Source: a virus | Taxonomy: Duplodnaviria > Caudoviricetes | Length of the DNA: 64,000 bases | IMG/VR virus record: IMGVR_UViG_3300011217_000001 | Coordinates: 1 to 64,000 of that record | Reading direction: 5' to 3' (one strand) | Shown: in pieces, positions 18,169 through 28,054 of the stretch | How positions within the stretch are numbered: the stretch's first letter is position 1 | How the letters are laid out: each line of letters opens with the position of its first letter | Notes under the pieces: generated by a model | The model's input: only the letters and a program-made list of their open reading frames with translations | Told to the model about the DNA's origin: nothing | The model's database searches: none | Position numbers and translations under genes: made by a program

Positions 18169-19038
18169 TTACGGGCTGATGGCGGTGTTCGCCTGGCGGT
18201 TGATTGCCTCGACGTAACCGGTGTCCGACATGGCAGCCACGTCGGCACTGATGCGATCCATGAACGCCGGACGCAGGTTCGGGTTCACGCCGGTCATGTT
18301 GATGCGGCGCATCTGCTGCTCGGCGAAGCGGAGCACGCCTTCGCCCTGCTGCGTCACGCCCGAGAAGCGGATCGGGATGTCCAGCTTTTCGCCGGCCTGG
18401 GTCAGGTCACGACGGGACTGCACTTCGCCGCCGGTTTCCGGCATCATGTTGGTGGTCAGGTAAGCCTTGAGCGGCCACTGATGGGTCGGGTCCGGCTCGA
18501 TGTAGAGCACGGTGGCACCGACTACGTCCGGCAGCAGATCCGTCGGACGGTTGGCAGCAACGCTGTTGGCCATCACGGTGGGAACCTTGCTTTCCGGATC
18601 CATCATCAGACCGGTCATCCAGCCTTCCAGGAACTTGTTCCAGGAGCGGCCGTACTTCTCGTTCACGGTGTGCGAGGGCTGGGAGCGCTCGCGCTTCATG
18701 TCCGAGACTGCCTGCATCATTTCGCCGGCACCACCGAACGGGGTGTCTTCGAAGGACGCAGTCAGCGTACCGGTCAGGCCTTCGATCACGAGCGACTGCT
18801 CTTCGATCAGGGCCTTCAGGGCGCCAACCCAGTATTCCGGGTTCGGCAGGTTCTGGAAACCAGCGGGGGCTTCCAGCAGCAGCGCGAAGAGGTTCCGGCG
18901 GACGAAAGGCGCGTTGGAGACGTACGCCTTGTAATCCGGAGTGAAGCCCATCGACGCGCCGTAGCGGGTGTCAAGGGTCGGAGCGTGGCCGAAGCGGTTC
19001 GGACCCTTCTGACCCGCGAGAGCGTCTTTCAAACGCAT
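18169..19038 (-). CDS. Tail tube protein (phiKZ gp30-like)
   Basis: 289 aa, downstream of the sheath gene, EKYGRS and YIEPDP motifs, AGGAG RBS. Confidence 0.82.
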   Translation of the reverse strand: MRLKDALAGQKGPNRFGHAPTLDTRYGASMGFTPDYKAYVSNAPFVRRNLFALLLEAPAGFQNLPNPEYWVGALKALIEEQSLVIEGLTGTLTASFEDTPFGGAGEMMQAVSDMKRERSQPSHTVNEKYGRSWNKFLEGWMTGLMMDPESKVPTVMANSVAANRPTDLLPDVVGATVLYIEPDPTHQWPLKAYLTTNMMPETGGEVQSRRDLTQAGEKLDIPIRFSGVTQQGEGVLRFAEQQMRRINMTGVNPNLRPAFMDRISADVAAMSDTGYVEAINRQANTAISP

Positions 19039-19091
19039 GGAGTAACTCCTGAGTTGTAGTGAACGGGTTCAGGGCGTGACCATCGGGGGGC

Positions 19092-21173
19092 TTACGCCCC
19101 CGTCTGGCTCGCTTCCATGTCGGCACGGCGACGGGCGACGATCGTGTAGGAACCCACGGTCATCTGGCCATTGGCACCGACGTCCACCTGGGTCGACCAG
19201 CTCCAGCCACGCTGGGTGTCATCCGGGGTGTACGTGGTGGTCGAGGTGAAGATGAAGCGGGTGCCGAAGCGATCCTTCAGCTCGGCGTTGATCAGGCGAT
19301 CCGAACGTTCGGCGAACTGGTCCGCCGTCAGCTTGGAGTTGCCGGTCAGACGACGCCACACGCGCTGGCAGATCTTCTCGACCTCGACGATGGCGAACAT
19401 CGTCACCAGCGAGTTGAGCACCGAGGAGTCGTCCTGGTACACGGTCTGGAACGCCGGGAAGTGCGCCGAACGACGGTCGAAGTTCTGGGCGTAGATCATG
19501 TTGTTGCGCCAGTCTTCGTCACGAGCACCGGCACGACGGAACACGATGTTGGTGTCCTTGAAGGACGACATCACGTTGTTCGGCCACTCGTCCATCGAGA
19601 ACTCGTCCGACCAGAAACCGTTCGATGCACCCATGAACTTCGAGCACATGTTCGCGATTTCGTAGGTGAACGGCAGCAGACCACGGTAGATCGACTGGTT
19701 CTTCAGCTTGCCGGCGCCAGCAACCACCGCAGCGCGGCAAGCGGGCGTACCGAACAGCACCGACTCGGGGTAGTTCGAGGCACGGGTCGACAGCGCCATG
19801 GCGGCCGAGGAGTCGGCTTCCTGCGAGTTGATCGGACGTGCCACGTCCTGCGTCGCCACGATCACGGCCACGTCGTAACGCTTGCCGATGATCGACAGCA
19901 GCGCGTTCTTCGTTTCCATGTCGAAACCGGAATCGTAGAACACGGACATGTCGTAGACAGCGGTGTCGTACAGATCCGCTTCCATGTCGCCGAAGTTCTG
20001 AGCCTGCTCACGCACCAGCTCGTTGAAGGTCGCAGCGTCGGTCTTGCCGTCGTCACCACCCACCGCGTAATGCGTGGAGGCAGCATCGAACAGCAGGCCA
20101 TCCTGCAGCGGGCCGCGCAGTTCCACCGCGAAGTACGGGGTGAGGTACTGGTCGGTCGCGGTCAGGAAGTTGACCAGGTGGTAGTGCTCTTCGGCATCGT
20201 CGCTGTCACCCAGCAGACCATGCGGCTGCTCGGCTTCGAACAGACGGGTCAGCACTTCCTTGAGGTTGTCCTCGTAGATGAACTGAGCGCCGAACGGACC
20301 CTGCTTGCGCAGCACGCCGCTGTCTTCGACTTCACGCCAGGTTTCCACCAGCGAGTCGCCGATGAAGAAGGCCTGGTCTTCGGCCGAGATGACGCCGTCC
20401 TTGAACGAGAAGTCCAGGTAGCGCTGACCCTTGACACCTTCCTGCACGACAGCCGAACTGGCAGCGTTGGGACGCTCCACGGCGGCCAGGCGGTACAGGT
20501 AGGCGCTGTTGGAGACCATGGTGGCCTCGTCCAAGCCGGCCGGCTGGGAGTTGACGTTCGGGGCCGACAGGCGGATGCCCAGGTTCTTGCCGTACGAACC
20601 CGGATCGGAAACGCTGATTTCCCAGATCGGGAACATCTCCGACTGCTCGCCGGTGCTGGACACGATCTTGCCGACGGTCTGGGTTGCAGCGCCGAGGTCG
20701 CCCTTGACGTGTTCACCCCAGGCCAGGCGGACGATCCAGCCCTCGACGGTTTCGCCGGTGGGGATCTTCTGCTGGTTGGTGTCGAGCTTGAAGCGACCAT
20801 CGGTGCCGCGCTCGTACTGCTTGATCTGATCCTTGACCATGTCCACGTAGAGCGCCCAGGTGGCAGCGTCAGCTGCGGCCGGATCGATCACACGCTGCAC
20901 GTACATGGCGTTGGCGTTGGCGTTCATCAGCTTGACGAACGGGAGCTGGTGCGTGGCGAACTTGCCGCGTGCGTCCAGCGATTTGATGCCGTACATCTGT
21001 TCGAAGCCCGCGCCGCTCACGAGCTGCGGCAGGGTCGGGCCTTTCTCTGCGAAAACGTAAAACATCGGGCAGTGCGACGGGATCAGCTCCGGGTCATAGA
21101 CCGGGGCCGTCCGCGAACGGTCCAACGTGCCACGCAGGTTGGCGAACGGAGCGGCGGTGCGAAGTGCAGTCAT
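19092..21173 (-). CDS. Tail sheath protein (phiKZ gp29-like)
   Basis: 693 aa; FAEKGPT, FYDSGF, YPESVLFGTPACRA and QTVYQDDSSVL motifs. Confidence 0.88.
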   Translation of the reverse strand: MTALRTAAPFANLRGTLDRSRTAPVYDPELIPSHCPMFYVFAEKGPTLPQLVSGAGFEQMYGIKSLDARGKFATHQLPFVKLMNANANAMYVQRVIDPAAADAATWALYVDMVKDQIKQYERGTDGRFKLDTNQQKIPTGETVEGWIVRLAWGEHVKGDLGAATQTVGKIVSSTGEQSEMFPIWEISVSDPGSYGKNLGIRLSAPNVNSQPAGLDEATMVSNSAYLYRLAAVERPNAASSAVVQEGVKGQRYLDFSFKDGVISAEDQAFFIGDSLVETWREVEDSGVLRKQGPFGAQFIYEDNLKEVLTRLFEAEQPHGLLGDSDDAEEHYHLVNFLTATDQYLTPYFAVELRGPLQDGLLFDAASTHYAVGGDDGKTDAATFNELVREQAQNFGDMEADLYDTAVYDMSVFYDSGFDMETKNALLSIIGKRYDVAVIVATQDVARPINSQEADSSAAMALSTRASNYPESVLFGTPACRAAVVAGAGKLKNQSIYRGLLPFTYEIANMCSKFMGASNGFWSDEFSMDEWPNNVMSSFKDTNIVFRRAGARDEDWRNNMIYAQNFDRRSAHFPAFQTVYQDDSSVLNSLVTMFAIVEVEKICQRVWRRLTGNSKLTADQFAERSDRLINAELKDRFGTRFIFTSTTTYTPDDTQRGWSWSTQVDVGANGQMTVGSYTIVARRRADMEASQTGA

Positions 21174-21291
21174 CAGGGGCTCCTGTGGGCGAATGTTATA
21201 GCGACTAGCGATGCTCGTACATCATAGTAATACGGAAATACTTTAGGCGTAACGAGTATCTTTTTACAACTTCAGAGCAAAGGCCGGCGAC

Positions 21292-22206
21292 ATGATCCTC
21301 CAACCTTATCAGACCAAGCCCCTGGGCGCCTACAATCTCGGTCGAATCGAGAAGGAAATCAACGTGGCGCTCATTGAGGGCGAGCTGCGTGATGCCACGA
21401 CGAAGTCGGGCACCGTATATGACAAGGTGAAAGAAATACCGCCGAGCAACAAAGTCATCCCACAGTTCGGGCATCCGATTGCAATCACCCGTGGTACGGG
21501 TGAGACTTACTGGGTGGTCGACACGCGTCCGTATACCGCCGTCGACCGACTGGGTGTATTCCAGGTTCGTGATCACAGCCAGCATGATTTCATCGTCATG
21601 CGAGGCGTGCTCTCCCGGATCTGGGCAGAGGGAGAACAGGGACTGTTCATTACATTGGGCGACATTGCGCCCAAGGCCTTCGCAACGTGGATCTCCGACA
21701 ACCTCACTCGCGCCCTGAATCTGAACCCTCAGGAGCAGCAGAACGTCGCCATTGCTGCGGCGTGGTACTACCTGGGGCTGTTCGAAGATGCCACCGAGAT
21801 GGAAGACGAAATCACCCGTCGCCGTCTCTCCACGGTCATCGCCAACCTCACCCGCAGCAACCCCAACACGGTTGCCGAGCTGATGGCTGAGCACCGCACC
21901 CCGCACAACATCGACGAGTTCGTGGAGCTGCTGAAGAACGGCACGTTCTCCCCGCGCCTGAATCAGGTGACCGTCCCGTTCCTGTACACGATCCTGCGCA
22001 GCTCGTGGTTCTCCACCAATGACCAGGAAATGGTCAACGTGTCCCTGGAGCATCCGCCGACCTGGATCACGATGGTGTACGCGGCCTTCAACGATCGTCT
22101 GTACCACCGTACGTTCCTGACCAAGCTTCTCCAGAAGCTGGACAAGGGGCAGGTGAGCAAGACCTTCACCTTCAACCTGCTGAACATGATCGGAGTACGA
22201 GAATGA
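21292..22206 (+). CDS. Virion structural protein (phiKZ gp28-like)
   Basis: 304 aa, divergent from the sheath gene, LEHPPTWI motif, synteny. Confidence 0.7.
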   Translation: MILQPYQTKPLGAYNLGRIEKEINVALIEGELRDATTKSGTVYDKVKEIPPSNKVIPQFGHPIAITRGTGETYWVVDTRPYTAVDRLGVFQVRDHSQHDFIVMRGVLSRIWAEGEQGLFITLGDIAPKAFATWISDNLTRALNLNPQEQQNVAIAAAWYYLGLFEDATEMEDEITRRRLSTVIANLTRSNPNTVAELMAEHRTPHNIDEFVELLKNGTFSPRLNQVTVPFLYTILRSSWFSTNDQEMVNVSLEHPPTWITMVYAAFNDRLYHRTFLTKLLQKLDKGQVSKTFTFNLLNMIGVRE

Positions 22207-24776
22207 CTGATTTCCTCGTAGCCCATGCATTGCAGAATGTGTGGTGCACGCCGGATCAGGATAAGCAGGTGATCTTCAAGCCTGCCAAGCTGACCCGGCC
22301 ACGAGGGGACATCGCTACCACGAACGTCTTGTGGGATACGATTCCCCTGCCGACGCCGAAGGACCGCTACCACGTTTATCAGATCGGTCAGCTGCACGCC
22401 CCGCTGATCGGTCTGATGCCGGACAAGATGATCTGGCAGACGGTCAGCGAGAACATGCGTCGCAAGTACCTGTACAGCGACATCTACACCGAGAGCGGCC
22501 TGCAGTTGCCACGCTTCCAGTGCTGGTTCCTGGTCAACGAGGATGGCAACGTCCTGCTGGCCGTACAGGATCAGCCGCGACTGGTCGAGCTGGACAACAC
22601 GCCGATCTTCCTGCGTCTGTACAGCAACGCCTACTTCCAGTCCGAACGCTCCCGTGGCAAGGAGAACGTGATCTTCACCGAAGGCCTGGTGATGAACGAT
22701 GTCAACTCGATGCTGCTGATGCAGCGCCGCTACCGCGACCGCAAGGCAAAGGGTGGCATGGCACTGGCATTCGTCGATGGCATCTACGTCGAAGACTTCG
22801 TTCCGATGACGCTGGACAAGGGCGCACTCGTTGAGTACGTTCATGACACCACCGTCAAGAACGTGGTTGACTTCAAGATCTCTGATCTGGACAACTACGT
22901 CTCCACGCTGGACAACAAGCGCAAGTACCTGCTGAACTACAAGAACCAGATCGACTCGACGATTGACTATCGTGACGACCTGGAAATATACCTGCTCAAC
23001 CTGCAGGGTACGAAGTGGAAGGGCAGCCTGTATCACCGCAATCAGGAAGACGCGGTGCGCATGGTGACCCACAAGGACTACGGCATCCCGGTCTCTTATG
23101 TCACCTCCAAGCGGGAGGCGATGGGGCTGTGGAAGAACACCGACCAGATGACCGTGCGCATGTTCATCCGCCACAGCGGCTACCATCGTCCGCTGGTGGA
23201 TGAGCACCATCGCATCAAGGAGCTCTACCGCCTGCCTGCGCTGGATCTGCGCAAGGCGCTGCTGGGCATCGACTCGGTCGTACCGTTCTGGCACGCGCCG
23301 AAGTTGGAAGAGTCCATGTACCCGAAGATCATGCGATCCAAGGGTTCTGCGATCACGGTGCCGATGGTGCAGGATGCCTACGGCTACAACGCTACTGCCA
23401 AGCTGATCGGCGACTCGCCGTTGAAGGTCAAGCAGGACAGCGTGCGTCGCTACGTGGACCTGCCGGTGGAATTGCGCAACCGTTCGACCATCTACGAGTA
23501 CAACAGCAGCGGTCGGCTGCTGGGCTTCTATTCCCACAGCGACAACATCAACTACGTCCCGCGCAATGCGCTGTGTACGTTGGTGGAAGGTGTGGTGGGT
23601 GTGGGTGGCGTCAGTGCGCCCTTCGTCTTCGGACAGAAGGAGTCGTTGATCGATCTGGTGTACAACTACCGCTTCTACACCGCCCCGGTCTGGCGTGGTG
23701 AGGTCCGTCAGGGCGAGTGGCAGGATGTGTCCGGTGACCAGTCCAAGTACGCCATCAGTGGCGGCAAGGTGACCTGGGCTACTGGTGCTGACACGTTCAC
23801 CGCAGTTGGTTGCGACGATCGCTTCTTGGCCTATCAGTTCACGATGGCGCCGATCGACGGCCTGCTGAAGTTCAGCGTGGTTGCCGAGCAGACGATGCTG
23901 GGCAAGACCTTCACCGGTCCGCTGTATCTGGCACCGGGTCAGTTGGACCTGTGGCTCAATGGTGCTCCTCTGATCGAGAACCTGGACTACTTCGTGAAGT
24001 GGCCGCAGGTGATCATCACCAACAAGGAGTACATCGATCAGGCCAACGCTCGTCAGTCCATCACGGTCCGCGCCACTGGCTTCTGTCAGTCGGACATGTC
24101 CCGTGAGCCGGCTGCGGAGTTCGGCTATGTCGAGCATGGGCTGCTCAGTCGCAATCGCCGCTACAATGTGCGTGACGACAAGGTGGTTCGCATCATCGTG
24201 GAAGGCACGCTCCGTCACCGCGACGAGCTGATCTTCTCCGAGAACGATCAGGGTGTGCAGATGCAGAATATCCGCAATGGTGCGCCGTACCTGATCACCG
24301 AGCCGGTTATCCCTCTGCGTGGTCTGACCACCGAGGACACCTACTCGATGCGTGCCAAGTCCAAGGCCAACGACAAGTACGTCGAAGACTACCTGACCAT
24401 GAAGTTGCCGGAACCGGCTAAGCCGCCGACCTCGCCGATCCCGCGCCTGTATCAGGTCTACAGCCCCTTCTCCTCGAAGGTGATGTACGACATGATCAAC
24501 GGGCTGCTGGACATCAGCAAGTTCAGTGGCGCTGGTTACTACTACTCGGACAAGGAAGTACGTGACGCGTTGGCAGACTACGTCTACCTGCTCGACTACG
24601 ACCCGGTCCGTCAGGGCGTGAACAGCGACTACGTGAGCATCCATCCGCACAACCTGTACGTTGAGACGGTGCTGAACATCTACCAGTACAGCTTCCTCCA
24701 GCGCGCCATCAAGATCTTCCTTGATGACAAGGTTGACATCAATCGTTTCATCCGACTCAAAGAAGGGTACGTCTAA
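22203..24776 (+). CDS. Virion/baseplate structural protein (phiKZ gp27-like)
   Basis: 857 aa; NVWCTPDQDKQ and YHRNQEDAVRMVTHKDY motifs; synteny. Confidence 0.75.
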   Translation: MTDFLVAHALQNVWCTPDQDKQVIFKPAKLTRPRGDIATTNVLWDTIPLPTPKDRYHVYQIGQLHAPLIGLMPDKMIWQTVSENMRRKYLYSDIYTESGLQLPRFQCWFLVNEDGNVLLAVQDQPRLVELDNTPIFLRLYSNAYFQSERSRGKENVIFTEGLVMNDVNSMLLMQRRYRDRKAKGGMALAFVDGIYVEDFVPMTLDKGALVEYVHDTTVKNVVDFKISDLDNYVSTLDNKRKYLLNYKNQIDSTIDYRDDLEIYLLNLQGTKWKGSLYHRNQEDAVRMVTHKDYGIPVSYVTSKREAMGLWKNTDQMTVRMFIRHSGYHRPLVDEHHRIKELYRLPALDLRKALLGIDSVVPFWHAPKLEESMYPKIMRSKGSAITVPMVQDAYGYNATAKLIGDSPLKVKQDSVRRYVDLPVELRNRSTIYEYNSSGRLLGFYSHSDNINYVPRNALCTLVEGVVGVGGVSAPFVFGQKESLIDLVYNYRFYTAPVWRGEVRQGEWQDVSGDQSKYAISGGKVTWATGADTFTAVGCDDRFLAYQFTMAPIDGLLKFSVVAEQTMLGKTFTGPLYLAPGQLDLWLNGAPLIENLDYFVKWPQVIITNKEYIDQANARQSITVRATGFCQSDMSREPAAEFGYVEHGLLSRNRRYNVRDDKVVRIIVEGTLRHRDELIFSENDQGVQMQNIRNGAPYLITEPVIPLRGLTTEDTYSMRAKSKANDKYVEDYLTMKLPEPAKPPTSPIPRLYQVYSPFSSKVMYDMINGLLDISKFSGAGYYYSDKEVRDALADYVYLLDYDPVRQGVNSDYVSIHPHNLYVETVLNIYQYSFLQRAIKIFLDDKVDINRFIRLKEGYV

Positions 24777-26452
24777 TGGCCGAGATCAAAGAGCCGTTGG
24801 TCCCCATCCAAGATCCGGACCGCTCGTTCCGCGTGTGGAGCATCGAGGAGATCTACGGTCACAGCACCGATGGTCGATACGTGCCAAACGTGGGCGATGC
24901 GGTGTGGTCCTGGGTGGAAGGCCTGTTCCGCGTCATCGAGGTGGACTACACCACGTCCATCTCCAAGCTGAAGTCGCACGTCGGTCCGAGCCAGGGTGGT
25001 ATCACCGACGAGTTCGACATCCTGCTGGGCATGGGTCCGGGCTACCGCTCTGAATCCTTCCGCATGCTGCTGGACACCTCGGTCATCCCGCACGGCATGC
25101 AGCCGGATCGCCGTACCCGCCTGTACGGCAAGGACGCCACGCGCTACAAGGTGTTCAAGGGCACCAACATCGGTCAGACCGGTGAAGTCATCTCTGCGTA
25201 CTACATGAACGGTTCGTTCCTCGGCGACTTCATCCCGCTGGAACTGGTCGCCATGGAGCACAAGGACAGCCAGAACATTTCGGTCAAGGCCTGCATGCGT
25301 GGCTACACCATGCAGAAGCTGGAAGACGGCGAAGTGGTGACGCTGGTGGTGTACGATGACGAGGGCGGTCCGCTTTCGATCCAGAAGTTCATCATCTACA
25401 ACACCGGCTTCATTCGTGCGAGCGAGGAAGGTAAGAAGTACATCTCCTCCATCGCCATCGATTCGCCGTTCATCTCCAACGCCGATCCGAAGTACCTGGA
25501 CTTCCCGATCAACCTGCCGGTCCCGGGCTTGCAGCTGATGGGCGTGGTCAACTACAGCGATGGCTCCAAGCGTCGCGTACCGATCGATGGCACGAAGTTC
25601 AGCCTGTACGGCATCGACAACTACGTGGCGTCCATTGAAGACCAGGTCATTCCTCTCACGCTGGCCTACAAGCTCGGCGCAGAGGAGTACAGCTACAACG
25701 CCAGCCCCTCGATCAACAAGCACTTGAGCGAGCGTTACTGGGCCCGTACGCGCATGCTGGATGGCGCCTACAGCGTCAAGCTCTTCGCCTACCCGACCTG
25801 GGTGTCTGCACTGGTCGGTTACCGCATGCAGTTCTTCCTGTACAACCTCGACCGCGAGGAGGTCTACAACGTCACCTCGCTCATCGAGCTGGCCGAAGGT
25901 TCGGCGCCGTTCGACGGCACCGCCTACGGTGTTGTGCAGAAGCTGAAGTACGTGGTTGATCTGAACAAGGTCGACGGCAAGTACGCTGCGTATCGTCACC
26001 CGCAGACCTTCGAGGTTGCACTGCTGGCGCCGGGTACGCAGAATACCAACAACTGGTCCATCGGCTTCAGTCCGGGCCAGGATCCGCCGTACGGTCTGGG
26101 CCTGGAGGCGAAGATGACCTTCGTCAACGTGAACCAGTGGAAGCTGAAGATCGACTGCGGCCTGCCCAACCTGCAGCGCTGGCTGGACGAGGTGTTCTAC
26201 AACACCCAGCCGCTGTACAACGCCGAACGCGAAGTCAAGGCTCCCGAGCCGAACTACTTCGTGCTGGTGTTCGGTGGCCGCGAGATCGAGTACCCGATCA
26301 GCCAGTGGAATGCTGAGCTGCTGGTGCCCAACGATCTGCTCCAGGGTCAGTTGGTCTACATCCGGTTCCTGCGTCGTGAACCCACTGCTGGTTACCAGCT
26401 GGGTATCTCGGCACTGCCGGTGCACATCAACCAGGTTGCCAACCAGCTGTAA
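24776..26452 (+). CDS. Virion/baseplate structural protein (phiKZ gp26-like)
   Basis: 558 aa, TAATG-coupled to the gp27-like gene, YSVKLFAYPTW motif. Confidence 0.72.
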   Translation: MAEIKEPLVPIQDPDRSFRVWSIEEIYGHSTDGRYVPNVGDAVWSWVEGLFRVIEVDYTTSISKLKSHVGPSQGGITDEFDILLGMGPGYRSESFRMLLDTSVIPHGMQPDRRTRLYGKDATRYKVFKGTNIGQTGEVISAYYMNGSFLGDFIPLELVAMEHKDSQNISVKACMRGYTMQKLEDGEVVTLVVYDDEGGPLSIQKFIIYNTGFIRASEEGKKYISSIAIDSPFISNADPKYLDFPINLPVPGLQLMGVVNYSDGSKRRVPIDGTKFSLYGIDNYVASIEDQVIPLTLAYKLGAEEYSYNASPSINKHLSERYWARTRMLDGAYSVKLFAYPTWVSALVGYRMQFFLYNLDREEVYNVTSLIELAEGSAPFDGTAYGVVQKLKYVVDLNKVDGKYAAYRHPQTFEVALLAPGTQNTNNWSIGFSPGQDPPYGLGLEAKMTFVNVNQWKLKIDCGLPNLQRWLDEVFYNTQPLYNAEREVKAPEPNYFVLVFGGREIEYPISQWNAELLVPNDLLQGQLVYIRFLRREPTAGYQLGISALPVHINQVANQL

Positions 26453-26454
26453 AC

Positions 26455-26492
26455 GTCATAGAGGGAGGGGCTTCGCGCCCCTCCCCTATGCC
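26455..26492 (+). terminator. Hairpin flanked by GTCATA and TATGCC
   Basis: GGGAGGGGC-ttcgc-GCCCCTCCC-CTATGCC right after the stop at 26452. Confidence 0.7.
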
Positions 26493-26499
26493 CTGAGAC

Positions 26500-26547
26500 A
26501 AAAAAAAAAGACAAAAAAAAAAGGAGCCGCCAAGAGGCGACGGCTCC
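26500..26547 (-). terminator. Intrinsic terminator with long U tracts
   Basis: GGAGCCG...CGGCTCC preceded on + by two long A runs; follows the stop at 26566. Confidence 0.7.
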
Positions 26548-26565
26548 TCGCCCTTCTACAAGCAA

Positions 26566-27192
26566 TTATTCTTCAGCGTCTTCGACAACCCCACGGCCGA
26601 AGTGACGGTCCCAGAAAGTCTGGATGCTGGCAGGTGCCGGCTGTCCAGTGATGATCCGACGATAAACAGCGCGGAAGCCGTTGGTCAGTTCATGCATCTG
26701 CTGGTTGTCGTCTGCGCGGCCAAGTGCCCACTTGTTGTAGATGGTCAGCAACTTGGTCATCGATTCAACGATGTCTTCAATCGCGCGATCTTCGAAGGTG
26801 GAGGTCGCTACAGACATGACCGACTTGAATGCTCGCAAGTTGGCCTTGATGTGACCGAACGGATCGATCACTACGGTCGCTGCCGTGTCGAATGCTTCGG
26901 TGGTCTCGCTACTCAGGATCTGGTAGCAGGATTCGCTCAGGTACTTCTCCGTTGCAGCCCGAGCCTTTTCGGCTTCAGTAACAGGCTGATCGATCACGAG
27001 GTTTTCGAATTCGGTCTTGATGTGGTACAGGTCGAGGCGGTTGAAAGCGCCACCGAGAGGATTCAGCATGCTGGCAAACTTCTTGCTCAGCTCGTCGATG
27101 ATTTCCTGGTCCGTGTAGTTGTAGTCACGGAGCCTCTGGACCTTCTCGATGATAGCAGGTCTCTGGATGAACTCCGCACGTTCTTTGAGCAT
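26566..27192 (-). CDS. Hypothetical protein
   Basis: 208-aa helical ORF with AAGGGG RBS. Confidence 0.75.
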   Translation of the reverse strand: MLKERAEFIQRPAIIEKVQRLRDYNYTDQEIIDELSKKFASMLNPLGGAFNRLDLYHIKTEFENLVIDQPVTEAEKARAATEKYLSESCYQILSSETTEAFDTAATVVIDPFGHIKANLRAFKSVMSVATSTFEDRAIEDIVESMTKLLTIYNKWALGRADDNQQMHELTNGFRAVYRRIITGQPAPASIQTFWDRHFGRGVVEDAEE

Positions 27193-27221
27193 TTCATATC
27201 CCCTTGTTCACTTGTTGTATC

Positions 27222-27264
27222 GGCATAGCGAACCAGGGGAGCACTGCTCCCCTAGTCCGGTGCC
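27222..27264 (-). terminator. Hairpin plus TATGCC box
   Basis: AGGGGAGCA-c-TGCTCCCCT with GGCATA at 27222. Confidence 0.6.
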
Positions 27265-27285
27265 ACGGCGCAGGCCGGCAGCTGA

Positions 27286-27765
27286 TTACTTCAGGACTTC
27301 TTCGCCGAGGGCGACCAGGTGACGCTTGACGGCCTTCAGGCTGCCACGGCTGCCGTCGCCGGCGCGGGTGGTGTAGTTGGTCGACAGGGCGCCATGCTTG
27401 ACGATGGTCTTGCCCTTGTTCTGCGGATCGTTGGATTCGCGGGTGCGCAGGTAGGTGTGGGTGACGCGGTCTTCGCCGATGTTGAAGGACAGGGTCGTGC
27501 GATCGATGTCCTTGTTGCCGTTCAGGACGTCGTTGGAGGATTCGCCATGGGCCAGGCCGGTGGCGGCCACGGCCAGCGCGGTGGCGTTCTTCACGTTCTT
27601 CAGGATCGCCGGGGTCACGCCGAACTCTTCGAAGATCGGGGTGCAGATCGATTCACCCAGGCCTTCGGGAGCCTGACCGTGGGAGTTGTAGGACAGCTCC
27701 TTCTTGATGCGGTCAGCGTGCTCGCGAACCTTGGCGTCGCCTTCGAAGATGGTCTTGTTGGACAT
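27286..27765 (-). CDS. Hypothetical protein, probably highly expressed early product
   Basis: 159 aa, extreme codon bias, behind two candidate early promoters. Confidence 0.85.
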   Translation of the reverse strand: MSNKTIFEGDAKVREHADRIKKELSYNSHGQAPEGLGESICTPIFEEFGVTPAILKNVKNATALAVAATGLAHGESSNDVLNGNKDIDRTTLSFNIGEDRVTHTYLRTRESNDPQNKGKTIVKHGALSTNYTTRAGDGSRGSLKAVKRHLVALGEEVLK

Positions 27766-27878
27766 GGTGCTTTTTCCAGTTGGTTTAGGGACGAACTACC
27801 CAGCAGGGCACTTCACAGTGTAGCACTGCGATGTACTTTTTTAGGGATAAGATGTTACTGCGTTGGTAGGTCAATTGG

Positions 27879-27907
27879 ATGATATATGCTTCAAACCGTT
27901 TTGAATC
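27879..27907 (-). promoter_or_regulatory. Candidate early promoter
   Basis: Minus strand reads GATT-N8-TTTGAAGCA-TATATCAT. Confidence 0.65.
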
Positions 27908-27952
27908 GAATTACGAAATGGGCGCAGTTTCCTAGCGAGTAGTACTACTACG

Positions 27953-27981
27953 GTAGTGTGTAAGTGAAACATGTTGGCATC
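27953..27981 (-). promoter_or_regulatory. Second, degenerate early promoter
   Basis: Minus strand reads GATG-N8-TTTCACTTA-CACACTAC. Confidence 0.4.
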
Positions 27982-27995
27982 GAATTCTGGCAAAG

Positions 27996-28053
27996 GGCAT
28001 AAAGGCTGAGGGTCGCACGGTCGCAACCGTGGCCCTCAACCTGCTTTTATGCC
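27996..28053. terminator. Long hairpin closed by GGCATAAA and TTTATGCC
   Basis: GGCATAAA-GG-TGAGGG...CCCTCA-CC...TTTATGCC. Confidence 0.65.
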
Positions 28054-28054
28054 G

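Noticed and set aside
26500-26522. Long A runs (also 8172 and 48696) as slippage or phase-variation sites
   Set aside because: They are intergenic and lie near hairpins, so they are explained as terminator U-tracts.
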